Part shown: positions 1 through 9,592 of the stretch, in pieces
Numbering within the stretch: the first letter of the stretch is position 1
Layout of the letters: every line of letters starts with the position of its first letter
Source: a virus
Reading direction: 5' to 3' (one strand)
DNA length: 60,467 bases
Virus record (IMG/VR): IMGVR_UViG_3300045988_040927
Span: 1-60,467 of that record
Position numbers and translations under genes: made by a program
The notes under the pieces: model-generated
Told to the model about the DNA's origin: nothing
The model's database searches: none
Seen by the model: only the letters and a program-made list of their open reading frames with translations

Positions 1-55
1 AAAACGATTCATGCGATATTCCAGCAGAAGTTCTAGTAGGTTCAAGTTATAGTAT
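1..55. repeat. 55-bp terminal overlap (identical to 60413..60467)
   Basis: The two ends match exactly, base for base, and the overlap lies inside a coding frame. This is a circular-assembly signature. Confidence 0.9.
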
Positions 56-134
56 TTCGGTAGAAGGTCGTAAAGGTGATTATCGTATACCATCTCGAAC
101 TATTACGGAACGTCAGTTAGGAGGTGTTGGATAA
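1..134 (+). CDS. 3' end of the wrap-around structural gene that starts at 60229
   Basis: The frame opened at ATG 60229 continues through the 55-bp terminal overlap and ends at TAA 132-134. This stop overlaps the next start (TAATG). Confidence 0.7.
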   Translation, partial: NDSCDIPAEVLVGSSYSISVEGRKGDYRIPSRTITERQLGGVG

Positions 135-1903
135 TGGCTACAGCAGAAGAACTATTTTCATCACTTAATTCAGAAGAACCGCACATTATCATTAATAGCG
201 ATAGAACAATAACAATACCAGATGAACTTAAAAACGCAGCAGTTCAGTATGACCATAATATTGAAACTGTAACGTTTGATTGCCCACGATATTGGGATGG
301 TAATGATTTAAGTGAAATGATTGTTTCAATCAACTATAAGAGATCAGACGGTCATGAAGGAAGTTACACTTGTAAAAACGTAGTAGTTGATGGTAATGAC
401 TCTAATATAATGCATTTCGATTGGACAATTTCTAATGATGCTACACAAGTAGCAGGCGATCTCGTATTTATAGTTTGTGTAAAGAAAGAACATATTGATG
501 GGTACACGTCTCAAGTATGGCATAGTCAAAGATGTGAAACATTTTCGGTTATTAAAGGATTGAAGTGTATTCAAGCGCCCATTATACCTAGTGATCCAGA
601 GTATAGCGGTGTACAGGCTGATTACAATCAAAATAGCGAAACAGCAGCAGACTATATTAAGAATCGTCCTTTTTTCAATAAACTTCAAAAGTATACGTTC
701 ACAGAAGATGATTATAAGTCTCCAGTTGCGTCTATAGATAGCGATAACTCTATATATAAGTTATCAGATGACATTATTTCAATAGATGCATTAAGTGTTA
801 GCACTATATCTATACGTAATTTATTACCAACTGAAGAGGATCCTGATGAAGTACATCGTGATATACCAATGTGGGTCGATTTTGGTAATGGCAGTGTTTA
901 CCCTGGAGATCCGAATGATGTCTATATGACATTAACTGTGGATGATGGAACTGGAAACGTACCGGAAAATATATATGAAGATACACAAGCTATATTAGGT
1001 GATGGTATATGTTTTATATATAAAGAGTATAAAGCACAAGAAGATCCTGATATTACCTTATCTCCAGGAATATATGCAATTATAGACCAACAATATAGAC
1101 CAGAAGATTTAACAATTAATAATATTAAGAAGATTGACAGTAGTTTTTTACCGACTGACAATATTATCAAACTCATTTTACAGAATAGTATAAACGAATC
1201 AACTATTAATAACATGATAACTGATAGACTTAAGTCGATAAATAGTCATTTAAATAATGTAGATACGTCACTTAATAGTATACGATCAGACATAAATAAT
1301 ATAAATAATGTTTCTATAAAAAATATAAGATATGATATAGACAATGCAAGTAAGTATACATCAAATATGCGTAAAGATGTAGATACGCTACAACAAAATA
1401 TAGTACCTATTAAGAGTTTATACATAGATAATGCTACGCGCATGTTTCTTAATTGTGATTTTACAAGTTTGCCATTAATAGTTTTATCGAGTAATTATTT
1501 TACTGAAACTTTTAAAAATTGTTCTAAGATGACTTTTTGTAACATAGCATCGTCTGATAGATATAAACCAAAAAATATAGATGAAATGTTCTATAATTGC
1601 GTAAAACTTACTGATATTTCATCTAATACAATAAATATTCCATGTTTAGATTTAAGCGAATGTACATCAGCATTATCAACTTTTTACGAATGCCGAAATC
1701 TTACAACTATCTACTTGATTACATCCATTAAGATATCTCTTGATTTTTCATGGTGTCCTCTTGATGATAAGACAGTTGATATGATTTTATCTAATTTATT
1801 ACCAGTAACTGAATCACAAGCTATAACATTTAAACCAAATATATTAGATAAAATTACAGATGAGCAATTAGCAAAAGTGCCATCTGGATGGGTAATACAC
1901 TAA
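134..1903 (+). CDS. Receptor-binding/baseplate-like protein: BppU-N-like Ig domain, coiled coil and C-terminal BspA-type leucine-rich repeats
   Basis: 589-aa ORF translationally coupled to the upstream gene. The N-terminus resembles BppU N domains (from memory). An N/S/I-rich coiled coil lies mid-protein. Residues ~440-560 show LRR_5-like periodicity (FKNCSKMTF, FYNCVKLTDI, FYECRNLTTI). Confidence 0.5.
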   Translation: MATAEELFSSLNSEEPHIIINSDRTITIPDELKNAAVQYDHNIETVTFDCPRYWDGNDLSEMIVSINYKRSDGHEGSYTCKNVVVDGNDSNIMHFDWTISNDATQVAGDLVFIVCVKKEHIDGYTSQVWHSQRCETFSVIKGLKCIQAPIIPSDPEYSGVQADYNQNSETAADYIKNRPFFNKLQKYTFTEDDYKSPVASIDSDNSIYKLSDDIISIDALSVSTISIRNLLPTEEDPDEVHRDIPMWVDFGNGSVYPGDPNDVYMTLTVDDGTGNVPENIYEDTQAILGDGICFIYKEYKAQEDPDITLSPGIYAIIDQQYRPEDLTINNIKKIDSSFLPTDNIIKLILQNSINESTINNMITDRLKSINSHLNNVDTSLNSIRSDINNINNVSIKNIRYDIDNASKYTSNMRKDVDTLQQNIVPIKSLYIDNATRMFLNCDFTSLPLIVLSSNYFTETFKNCSKMTFCNIASSDRYKPKNIDEMFYNCVKLTDISSNTINIPCLDLSECTSALSTFYECRNLTTIYLITSIKISLDFSWCPLDDKTVDMILSNLLPVTESQAITFKPNILDKITDEQLAKVPSGWVIH

Positions 1904-1913
1904 ATGAAAGGAG

Positions 1914-2201
1914 ATGAATAAAATGACAATCGAAGAATTTACACAACTTTATGCTGATAAAGTAACGGTAACTCCAAGATTAAATGGTAAATGGTATTTT
2001 CTAGAAGCAAAAGATGGCTATTGCATTCTTAGTCCAGAAAATACTGTTACCGATAAAGAAGGTAATGTTATAAAAACTTATAAATATGCAATATTCTGCA
2101 CTGCTGATTATGATTGGAGTACACTTCAGATCGTACCGGTCGATAGTCTTGGTGAAGGCGATCGTTTAGCAGATGTCGGTATTGAAGGCCCGACCGCATA
2201 A
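1914..2201 (+). CDS. Hypothetical protein
   Basis: 95-aa ORF with an AAAGGAG SD; ATG 1923 is better spaced than 1914. Co-oriented and tightly packed. Confidence 0.55.
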   Translation: MNKMTIEEFTQLYADKVTVTPRLNGKWYFLEAKDGYCILSPENTVTDKEGNVIKTYKYAIFCTADYDWSTLQIVPVDSLGEGDRLADVGIEGPTA

Positions 2202-2242
2202 TTAATTTATGCAAAATTCAAAATGAAAGGAGGCAGTAACCA

Positions 2243-2581
2243 ATGGCAAAATCCACTACACAAGGATCTTCTAAATCATCTCGAACTAGAAGACCTGCTA
2301 TGACTCCAGATGCTAGAGAAAATCAGATGATAAATCTGGCGGTTGATTTAGCAGAAAGGCAGTTGGAAGAAGGTACTGCCTCTTCTCAGGTTATAACGCA
2401 TTTCCTCAAGTTAGGCTCATCAAAAGAGAGACTTGAGAGAGAAAAACTTGAAGAAGAAAACAAGTTGCTTAGAGCTAAAACAGAAAGTCTTCAATCTCAG
2501 AAGAGAGTTGAGGAGTTGTATGCAGAAGCTCTTTCAGCTATGCGAAGATATAACGGGCAAGGTGAACCAGATGAAGATTAG
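2243..2581 (+). CDS. Putative small terminase / DNA-packaging accessory protein
   Basis: 112 aa with a basic N-terminus, a TASSQVITHFLKLG helix and a coiled coil. It overlaps the HNH gene and lies upstream of terL. Assignment rests on position and family recollection only. Confidence 0.35.
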   Translation: MAKSTTQGSSKSSRTRRPAMTPDARENQMINLAVDLAERQLEEGTASSQVITHFLKLGSSKERLEREKLEEENKLLRAKTESLQSQKRVEELYAEALSAMRRYNGQGEPDED

Positions 2582-2987
2582 AACATATTCTGAACTGATT
2601 ACTTTGCCAACATTTGAAGAGCGATTTGAGTATTTAAAACTAGGTGGAACTGTCGGTAAAGAGACCTTTGGATTTGACCGATATCTAAACCAAACTTTCT
2701 ATAAAACTCAAGATTGGTTGCGTACCAGAGACCAAATTATTATTCGTGATAACGGCTGTGATCTCGCTGTAGAAGGCAGAGAGATTTACGGTCGTATTTT
2801 AATTCACCATATAAATCCTATTACCATGGAAGATATAGTGAATCGAAGTAGTTGGCTATTTGATCCAGAGAATCTTATATGCACTGTCAAGAATACACAT
2901 GATGCAATTCATTTCAGCGATGAGAGTTTACTAGTCAAAGATCCAATCGCTCGAAGTAAAAATGATACGTGTCCATGGCGACACTAA
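2571..2987 (+). CDS. HNH endonuclease (packaging-associated)
   Basis: ATG 2571 overlaps the upstream stop. HNH signature: ...ILIHHINPIT...NLICTVKNTHDAIH. The ORF-track start at 2433 would overlap 2243..2581 heavily. Confidence 0.8.
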   Translation: MKIRTYSELITLPTFEERFEYLKLGGTVGKETFGFDRYLNQTFYKTQDWLRTRDQIIIRDNGCDLAVEGREIYGRILIHHINPITMEDIVNRSSWLFDPENLICTVKNTHDAIHFSDESLLVKDPIARSKNDTCPWRH

Positions 2988-3002
2988 AAGGAGGAAAACA
3001 GT

Positions 3003-3350
3003 ATGTCTAATAAAAAGACAAAAGCCCCTGCACCTGAAAAGGTAGAAGAACCAAAAGTTACTGAAGCAGTAGAGCCTACTATCGATGCTCCGGTAGAACC
3101 TGAAGTTACAGAGACTAAGCCAGAAGAAGACATCCCAATCAAGAAGGTCGGTGTTGTTAAAGACTGTGGAAGTCTTAACATTAGAGCTTCAGCAGACATC
3201 AAATCTGAATCGCTCGGAACTATTCCGGTTGGTGAAGAAGTTGAAATCATCGACGAATGTCCAGGTAGCGACTTCTATGAAGTAGTTTACGGTAGTCTTT
3301 CAGGTTTCAGCATGAAACAGTTTATCGGCTTAGTAGCTGCTGAGGAATAA
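3003..3350 (+). CDS. Stand-alone SH3b-domain protein with an acidic P/E-rich N-terminus
   Basis: GGAGGA SD. The C-terminal segment GVVKDCGSLNIRASADIKSESLGTIPVGEEVEII...FYEVVYGSLSGF matches the bacterial SH3_3 pattern. Confidence 0.6.
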   Translation: MSNKKTKAPAPEKVEEPKVTEAVEPTIDAPVEPEVTETKPEEDIPIKKVGVVKDCGSLNIRASADIKSESLGTIPVGEEVEIIDECPGSDFYEVVYGSLSGFSMKQFIGLVAAEE

Positions 3351-3361
3351 GGAGAATCGTC

Positions 3362-3730
3362 ATGGAGAGTATACTGACATCAGTTAAGAAGATGCTTGGT
3401 ATTACCGAAGACTATGAACACTTTGACCAAGACATTATCATACATATTAACTCCGTGTTCATGATTTTATGGCAGCTTGGTGTTGGTCCTTCCGAATGTT
3501 TCTCAATACAAGATAGTACAGCTATATGGTCTGATTTCATGGGTGATAATACCAAGATCGAGGCTGTTAAGACGTATATGTATTTGAGAGTCGGTCTCTT
3601 GTTTGATCCTCCGCTTAGCTCTTCAGTATTGGAAGCTAAGAATAACCAAATCAAAGAATTGGAGTGGCGTTTGCATATTATCGGTGATTCGCCAACCAAT
3701 GAAGAAATTCAAAATGGAGGTGATGGCTAA
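3362..3730 (+). CDS. Head-tail connector/adaptor (gp6-like) protein
   Basis: 122 aa. The N-terminal pattern VKKMLGITEDYEHFDQDIIIHINSVF..LWQLGV is typical of gp6-like DNA-packaging/adaptor proteins (from memory). Confidence 0.4.
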   Translation: MESILTSVKKMLGITEDYEHFDQDIIIHINSVFMILWQLGVGPSECFSIQDSTAIWSDFMGDNTKIEAVKTYMYLRVGLLFDPPLSSSVLEAKNNQIKELEWRLHIIGDSPTNEEIQNGGDG

Positions 3731-4170
3731 TGTCAGATTTTTATTATCCACAATATCCAGATGAGTTATACCACCATGGAGTCTTAGGTATGAAGTGGGG
3801 TGTTAGGCGTTATCAGAACAAAGACGGCTCACTCACAAATGCTGGTAGGAAGAGACAAGCTAAGGCTGAGAATAAGGCTGAAAGGAAAGATCGAAAGACC
3901 GCTTCCAAAAATCGAAGAACACTATCTGATGCTGATCTAAAAAAGCGTATAGAGCGTATGCAGATGGAGAAGCGTCTGAAGGATTTAACCGATGAGGATC
4001 TTAATCCTGGCAGAAAAGCTACTTCCGAAGTTATGAAAAATGTCGGAAAGAAAGTAGCAACAACAGTTATCGCCGGAGCTGCAATATATGGTATTAAAGC
4101 AGCCTTGACAAAGCATTTCGATCCAGTTGAAGCTGCTAAGTATATGGCACCAAAGCCTAAGAATAAATAA
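3730..4170 (+). CDS. Basic protein with an N-terminal MSDFYY..DELYHHGVLGMKWGVRRY motif
   Basis: TAATG coupling to the upstream gene. K/R-rich middle and a C-terminal hydrophobic helix (VATTVIAGAAIYGIKAAL). Its N-terminus is paralogous to 5977..6387. Confidence 0.5.
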   Translation: MSDFYYPQYPDELYHHGVLGMKWGVRRYQNKDGSLTNAGRKRQAKAENKAERKDRKTASKNRRTLSDADLKKRIERMQMEKRLKDLTDEDLNPGRKATSEVMKNVGKKVATTVIAGAAIYGIKAALTKHFDPVEAAKYMAPKPKNK

Positions 4171-4186
4171 CTAAAGGAGTAACATT

Positions 4187-5932
4187 ATGGCATTATCAAA
4201 CACTGCCGTCCCTATCTATTACGGCCAGTTTCGTGATGCCGTATTGAGAGGCGAAATACCAGTATGTAAAGAGATTGCTATGGAAATGAATCGTATTGAC
4301 GATAACATAGCTAATCCTGGTCTTTACTATGATGATGAAGCTGTAAATGGATTTATCGATTACTGTGAAGAAGAACTCACATTAACCGATGGAGAAGACT
4401 TACATCTCCTTGATTCATTTAAGCTTTGGGCTGAACAGATATTCGGATGGTATTATTTTGTTGAAAGAAGTATCTATGAACCATCTCCCGATGGTCATGG
4501 CGGACACTATGTTAAAAAGTCCGTTAAGAAACGTCTTGTCAATAAGCAATATCTAATAGTCGCTCGTGGCGCGGCTAAGTCTATGTATGGTTCATGTCTT
4601 CAAAACTTCTTCTTGAACGTTGATACATCTACCACACATCAGATAACGACAGCCCCGACCATGAAGCAGGCTGAGGAAGTAATGTCACCGATTAGAACTT
4701 CTATAACCAGAGCTAGAGGACCGTTGTTTAAGTTCCTCACAGAAGGTTCCTTACAAAACACCACAGGTTCCAAGTCGAATCGTGTAAAACTCGCTTCTAC
4801 CAAGAAGGGTGTCGAGAATTTCTTAACCGGATCTCTCCTTGAGATCAGACCTATGAGTATCGATAAGCTTCAAGGGTTGCGATGTAAGATAGCGACAGTC
4901 GATGAATGGCTTTCTGGCGATATCAGAGAGGATGTTATCGGTGCTATTGAACAAGGTGCTTCTAAGAACGATGACTATTTAATAGTAGCAATCAGTTCTG
5001 AAGGTACTGTTCGTAACGGTAGCGGCGATACAATCAAAATGGAGTTAATGGACATCCTTAAAGGCGATTATGTTAACCCTCATGTATCTATCTGGTATTA
5101 TAAGCTAGATTCTGTAGATGAGGTCGCTGATCCGGACATGTGGATTAAAGCCAATCCGAATCTTGGAAAGACTGTTAGCTATGAAACGTATCAATTGGAT
5201 GTTGACAGAGCCGAGAATGCTCCTGCAACTAGAAATGATATTTTAGCAAAACGTTTCGGAATTCCAATGGAAGGTTATACATACTATTTCACTTATGAAG
5301 AGACACTTCCACATAGAAGAAGAGATTTCTGGCAAATGCCATGTGCGCTAGGAGCAGACCTTTCACAAGGTGATGACTTCTGCGCTTTTACTTTTTTATT
5401 CCCATTATCAAATGGTTGTTTCGGTGTTAAGACTCGGAACTATATTTCAGAGTCTACTCTTATGAAGTTACCAGCAGCTATGCGAATGAAGTACGATCAA
5501 TTCATGCAAGAAGGAAGTCTAATGGTTCTCGATGGAACTGTATTAGATATGATGGAGGTTTATGACGATCTCGATAAGTTTATTCTTGATTCTGAATATG
5601 ATGTACGCTGCTTTGGCTTTGATCCATATAACGCTAAAGAATTTGTAGCTAGATGGGAAACTGAAAACGGACCATTTGGAATCGAAAAAGTTATACAAGG
5701 TGTGAAAACCGAATCTGTTCCGTTAGGCGAACTCAAGAAACTCGCTGAAGAGAGAAAGTTACTATTTGATGAAGAGCTTATGACTTTTGCTATGGGTAAC
5801 TGTATTACTCTTGAAGATACTAACGGAAATAGGAAACTACTTAAAAAGCGACGTGAGCAAAAGATTGACGCCGTAGCAGCTATGTTGGACGCTTATGTGG
5901 CTTTTAAACTTAATAAAGATGCTTTTGAATAA
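4187..5932 (+). CDS. terL: Terminase large subunit
   Basis: 581 aa. Walker A-like LIVARGAAKSMYGS, Walker B-like KIATVDEW, and a C-terminal RNaseH-like nuclease region (GADLSQGDDF...DPYN...IDAVAAMLDA). Confidence 0.9.
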   Translation: MALSNTAVPIYYGQFRDAVLRGEIPVCKEIAMEMNRIDDNIANPGLYYDDEAVNGFIDYCEEELTLTDGEDLHLLDSFKLWAEQIFGWYYFVERSIYEPSPDGHGGHYVKKSVKKRLVNKQYLIVARGAAKSMYGSCLQNFFLNVDTSTTHQITTAPTMKQAEEVMSPIRTSITRARGPLFKFLTEGSLQNTTGSKSNRVKLASTKKGVENFLTGSLLEIRPMSIDKLQGLRCKIATVDEWLSGDIREDVIGAIEQGASKNDDYLIVAISSEGTVRNGSGDTIKMELMDILKGDYVNPHVSIWYYKLDSVDEVADPDMWIKANPNLGKTVSYETYQLDVDRAENAPATRNDILAKRFGIPMEGYTYYFTYEETLPHRRRDFWQMPCALGADLSQGDDFCAFTFLFPLSNGCFGVKTRNYISESTLMKLPAAMRMKYDQFMQEGSLMVLDGTVLDMMEVYDDLDKFILDSEYDVRCFGFDPYNAKEFVARWETENGPFGIEKVIQGVKTESVPLGELKKLAEERKLLFDEELMTFAMGNCITLEDTNGNRKLLKKRREQKIDAVAAMLDAYVAFKLNKDAFE

Positions 5933-5976
5933 ATAATACGGGGTAATTTCATCTATAAAAAGGAGGTTAAAAACCA

Positions 5977-6387
5977 ATGTCAGATTTTTATTTTAACCCT
6001 AATGGTTCAGACGAGCTATATCATAGCAAATACTTACGCAAATACATGGGTAAGAGCGGAAAAATGATATATGTTTATAAAAATAGTTCGAAAGATGCTA
6101 AAAATGGCTTTCAAACAAAATGGACAGATTTTAAAAACAAAAAAGGTGAAACATTACTTACAACCGAAAAAGGACATAATAAAAAAAATAATTTTAAAGG
6201 TGTAAGCATTGGCAAGGGTGCTAAATCTGCCAAAGATTATAAATATTATAGTGGTTCTTTAAAAATTGGTAAAAAAGAAATTACTATTGACAATGACGAA
6301 GGCCGACTTAATATGTATGTATTTACAAAGAGAAAAAAGAAGCAAATCGATAAAGGTCGTAGTATTGCTAAAAAATACTTACGTTAG
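5977..6387 (+). CDS. Lysine-rich small protein, N-terminal paralogue of 3730..4170
   Basis: AAAGGAGG SD. MSDFYFNPNGSDELYH aligns with MSDFYYPQYPDELYH. About one quarter of residues are Lys. The locus is locally very AT-rich and lies between terL and the portal gene. Confidence 0.5.
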   Translation: MSDFYFNPNGSDELYHSKYLRKYMGKSGKMIYVYKNSSKDAKNGFQTKWTDFKNKKGETLLTTEKGHNKKNNFKGVSIGKGAKSAKDYKYYSGSLKIGKKEITIDNDEGRLNMYVFTKRKKKQIDKGRSIAKKYLR

Positions 6388-6399
6388 GAGAAATTCAAA

Positions 6400-7692
6400 A
6401 TGGCGGATACATTAATTTCCAGACTTAAACATGGCTGGAACGCTTTTATGAATCGAGACCCTACTAATACTAATTTTAGAGATTTCGGTGCTAGTTATTC
6501 TTATCGACCTGATAGAGTTCGTTTCTCCGGAGGTAATGAAAAATCTATTGTTACCTCAGTATATAATCGAATCGCTATGGATGCAGCTCAAATCGATATC
6601 AAACATGTCCAACTCGACGATGATGAAAGATATGTTAATACTATTGACTCCGGTCTTAATAACTGCCTCACAGTAGAGGCTAATATTGACCAAACCGGTA
6701 GAGCATTTTTGCAGGATGTATTCATGTCAATGCTTGATGAAGGCTGTATAGCAATTGTCCCTACAGATACTACACTTAATCCGAAAGTTACTAGTAGCTA
6801 TGACATCTTGACAATGCGAACAGGTAAGATTCTAGACTGGTATCCAGATAAAGTGCGAATTCGATTATACAATGAACAAACAGGTAAAAAGGAAGAAGTA
6901 TTGCTTCCTAAGAAAACAGTTGCGATTATTGAAAATCCTTTATATGCGGTCATCAATGAACGTAACTCAACCATGCAACGACTTATCAGAAAATTGAATC
7001 TATTAGATGCAATAGATGAACAAAGCGGTGCTGGTAAATTAGATTTAATCATTCAGCTACCATACACTATCAAATCAGAAGCTCGACGTAAGCAGGCCGA
7101 AGATAGACGTAAAGATATTGAACGTCAGTTAGCTGGATCTAAATATGGTATTGCCTATACTGATGCTACTGAACATGTAACACAGTTGAATCGTTCGCTT
7201 GATAACAATCTAATGAAGCAGATTGAATACTTAACGAGTATGCTATACAGCCAGTTAGGTATCACTCAGACAGTATTAGATGGCACAGCAGACGAGAAGA
7301 CAATGCTTAACTATTACAATCGAACAATTGAACCGATTGTATCGGCAGCTGTTGATGAAATGAAACGTAAATTTCTCACTAAGACTGCTCGTTCGCAAAA
7401 CAAATCTATCGCTTACTTTAGAGATCCATTTGGTCTTGTTCCAGTATCTGATATCGCTGAAATTGCAGATAAATTTACTCGAAATGAGATAATGACATCT
7501 AACGAAATCAGACAAAAGATAGGAATGAAACCATCAGATGATCCAAAGGCTGACCAGCTTATTAATAGTAACATTAGTCAACCGATGGAAGATCAGCAGA
7601 TGTATCCGGAAGAGGAGGTTCCTGATGAAGCTGAAGAAGAACCAAGTGAACCAGTAAATTTAGCTGATATGAAAGTTAGCGATCTCAAATAA
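6400..7692 (+). CDS. Portal protein
   Basis: 430 aa, positioned after terL and before the protease/capsid gene, with the acidic C-terminal tail typical of portals. The call is based mainly on position and size. Confidence 0.65.
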   Translation: MADTLISRLKHGWNAFMNRDPTNTNFRDFGASYSYRPDRVRFSGGNEKSIVTSVYNRIAMDAAQIDIKHVQLDDDERYVNTIDSGLNNCLTVEANIDQTGRAFLQDVFMSMLDEGCIAIVPTDTTLNPKVTSSYDILTMRTGKILDWYPDKVRIRLYNEQTGKKEEVLLPKKTVAIIENPLYAVINERNSTMQRLIRKLNLLDAIDEQSGAGKLDLIIQLPYTIKSEARRKQAEDRRKDIERQLAGSKYGIAYTDATEHVTQLNRSLDNNLMKQIEYLTSMLYSQLGITQTVLDGTADEKTMLNYYNRTIEPIVSAAVDEMKRKFLTKTARSQNKSIAYFRDPFGLVPVSDIAEIADKFTRNEIMTSNEIRQKIGMKPSDDPKADQLINSNISQPMEDQQMYPEEEVPDEAEEEPSEPVNLADMKVSDLK

Positions 7693-7710
7693 TCAAGGAG
7701 GAAATTCAAA

Positions 7711-9573
7711 ATGAGCAAGTATGATTTCAGTGGCTGGGCTACCCGAAATGACCTTAAGTGCTCTGACGGAAGAACAATCCGTAAAGGTGCATTTAAGCAT
7801 AATGACGGACAGACAGTTCCTCTTGTATGGAATCATCAGCATAATGACTCAATGAATGTACTCGGTCATGCTTTATTGGAAGAGCGTGATCAGGGTGTAT
7901 ATGCGTATTGCACATTTAACGACACTGAAGCTGGACAGAATGCAAAGCTTTTAGTTCAGCATGGCGACGTAACAGCATTGTCTATCTATGCTAATCAGCT
8001 TAAGCAGCAGGGTGGCGATGTATTACATGGCGCTATTCGTGAAGTTAGTCTTGTTCTCGCCGGAGCAAATCCTGGCGCATACATAGACGCTGTAATGAGT
8101 CATGGTGAAGAATCAGACGAAGAAGCCATTATTTATACTGGCGAAGAGCTTGATCTTTCACACTCTGATGATGACAAGAAACCAGACGAAACCAAAAAAG
8201 AAGCCGCAAAGGAGGAAAAACCAGTGGCAGAAGAAAATAAGGAAAAGACCGTACAGGACGTATTCGACGAATTCACGGATGAACAGAAGGATGTCGTATA
8301 TGCAATGATCGGTATGGTACTTGAAGATAAAGATGCCGACAACGAAGATAATTCAGAAGGAGACGATGAAGACATGAAACACAACGTATTTGACAACGAC
8401 GAAGTTTATCAGAAGAACGTTATCACACACGCTGATCAGGAAGGCATTATTGCTATGGCTAAGCAGAGCAATGTTGGTACATTCCAGAATGCTCTCGAAG
8501 CTTATGCAGATGATAATAATCTTCAGCACGATGCAATCAGCAGTGGTTTCAATCAGACAGGTGAAGGCAATGTTACAATGCTCTTCCCTGAGTATCAGGA
8601 AGTAAGACCGGGTGCTCCAGAACTCATTACTAATGATCAGGGCTGGATTTCACTCGTTATGAGCAAGGTACATAAGAGTCCTATCTCAAGAATCAGAACA
8701 AGTCAGGTTGACATTCGTAATATTGATACTCTCAGAGCAAAAGGTTATAAGAAGGGTAAGCAGAAGGCTCAGACAGGCAACTTTAAGCTTGTAAGAAGAA
8801 CAACTGACCCTCAGACTGTTTATGTAAAGAATGCTCTTCACAGAGACGATATCATTGATATTACAGATTTCGATTATGTTCAGTATCTCTACAATATCGA
8901 TAGAATGATGCTTAACGAGGAACTTGCTACAGCTATTATGCTCGGCGATGGCCGTGATGATGGTGATGAAGCTAAGATTGCCCCAGAGCATATTCGTCCA
9001 ATTTGGCTCGATGATGATCTCTACACAATTCACGTTGATCTTGATATCGACGCTGCTAAGAAGGAGCTTCAGGGTACAAACACTGGCGCTAACTTCGGCG
9101 AGAACTATATCTATGCTGAGGCTATGATCAACACTGTTCTTTACTCAAGAGAAAACTATAAGGGTTCAGGCACACCGGATCTTTATTGCACACCACACAT
9201 GCTTAATGTAATGCTTCTTGCTCGTGATATTAACGGTAGAAGAATTTACTCTTCAAAGGCAGAACTTGCTTCAGCACTTAATGTTGGCTCTATTATTACA
9301 GCAGAGCAGTTTGAAGGTAAGACAAGAAAGACTTCTGATGGTAACTCTAAGAAGCTTATTGCTATCATTGCAAACCTTTCAGACTATTCTCTTGGCGCTA
9401 CAAAGGGTGGCGAAATCACTCACTTTACACAATTTGATATTGACTTCAACCAGGAGAAGTCATTGCTTGAAACAAGATGCTCAGGTGCTCTTACAAGAGT
9501 ATACTCAGCTATCGCTATCGAAGAGCCGGTTAAGGCTAGCTCATCAGACTCTGGAGAGCAGGTAGCAGGCTAA
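7711..9573 (+). CDS. Prohead serine protease (S78/HK97-type) fused to a major capsid protein
   Basis: The N-terminal ~130 aa match the S78 pattern (GWATRND..GRTIRKGAF...VWNHQH...EVSLVLAGANPGA). An acidic K/E/D linker follows (aa ~135-225). The C-terminal ~390 aa are capsid-sized, and no separate capsid gene is present. Confidence 0.8.
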   Translation: MSKYDFSGWATRNDLKCSDGRTIRKGAFKHNDGQTVPLVWNHQHNDSMNVLGHALLEERDQGVYAYCTFNDTEAGQNAKLLVQHGDVTALSIYANQLKQQGGDVLHGAIREVSLVLAGANPGAYIDAVMSHGEESDEEAIIYTGEELDLSHSDDDKKPDETKKEAAKEEKPVAEENKEKTVQDVFDEFTDEQKDVVYAMIGMVLEDKDADNEDNSEGDDEDMKHNVFDNDEVYQKNVITHADQEGIIAMAKQSNVGTFQNALEAYADDNNLQHDAISSGFNQTGEGNVTMLFPEYQEVRPGAPELITNDQGWISLVMSKVHKSPISRIRTSQVDIRNIDTLRAKGYKKGKQKAQTGNFKLVRRTTDPQTVYVKNALHRDDIIDITDFDYVQYLYNIDRMMLNEELATAIMLGDGRDDGDEAKIAPEHIRPIWLDDDLYTIHVDLDIDAAKKELQGTNTGANFGENYIYAEAMINTVLYSRENYKGSGTPDLYCTPHMLNVMLLARDINGRRIYSSKAELASALNVGSIITAEQFEGKTRKTSDGNSKKLIAIIANLSDYSLGATKGGEITHFTQFDIDFNQEKSLLETRCSGALTRVYSAIAIEEPVKASSSDSGEQVAG

Positions 9574-9592
9574 TTAAAGGAGAAATTTCAAA

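Noticed and set aside
2433-2570. The longer 184-aa version of the HNH ORF.
   Set aside because: The extension overlaps the preceding gene by ~150 nt in another frame and is a low-complexity K/R/L translation. ATG 2571 gives a normal-sized HNH protein with the typical short overlap.
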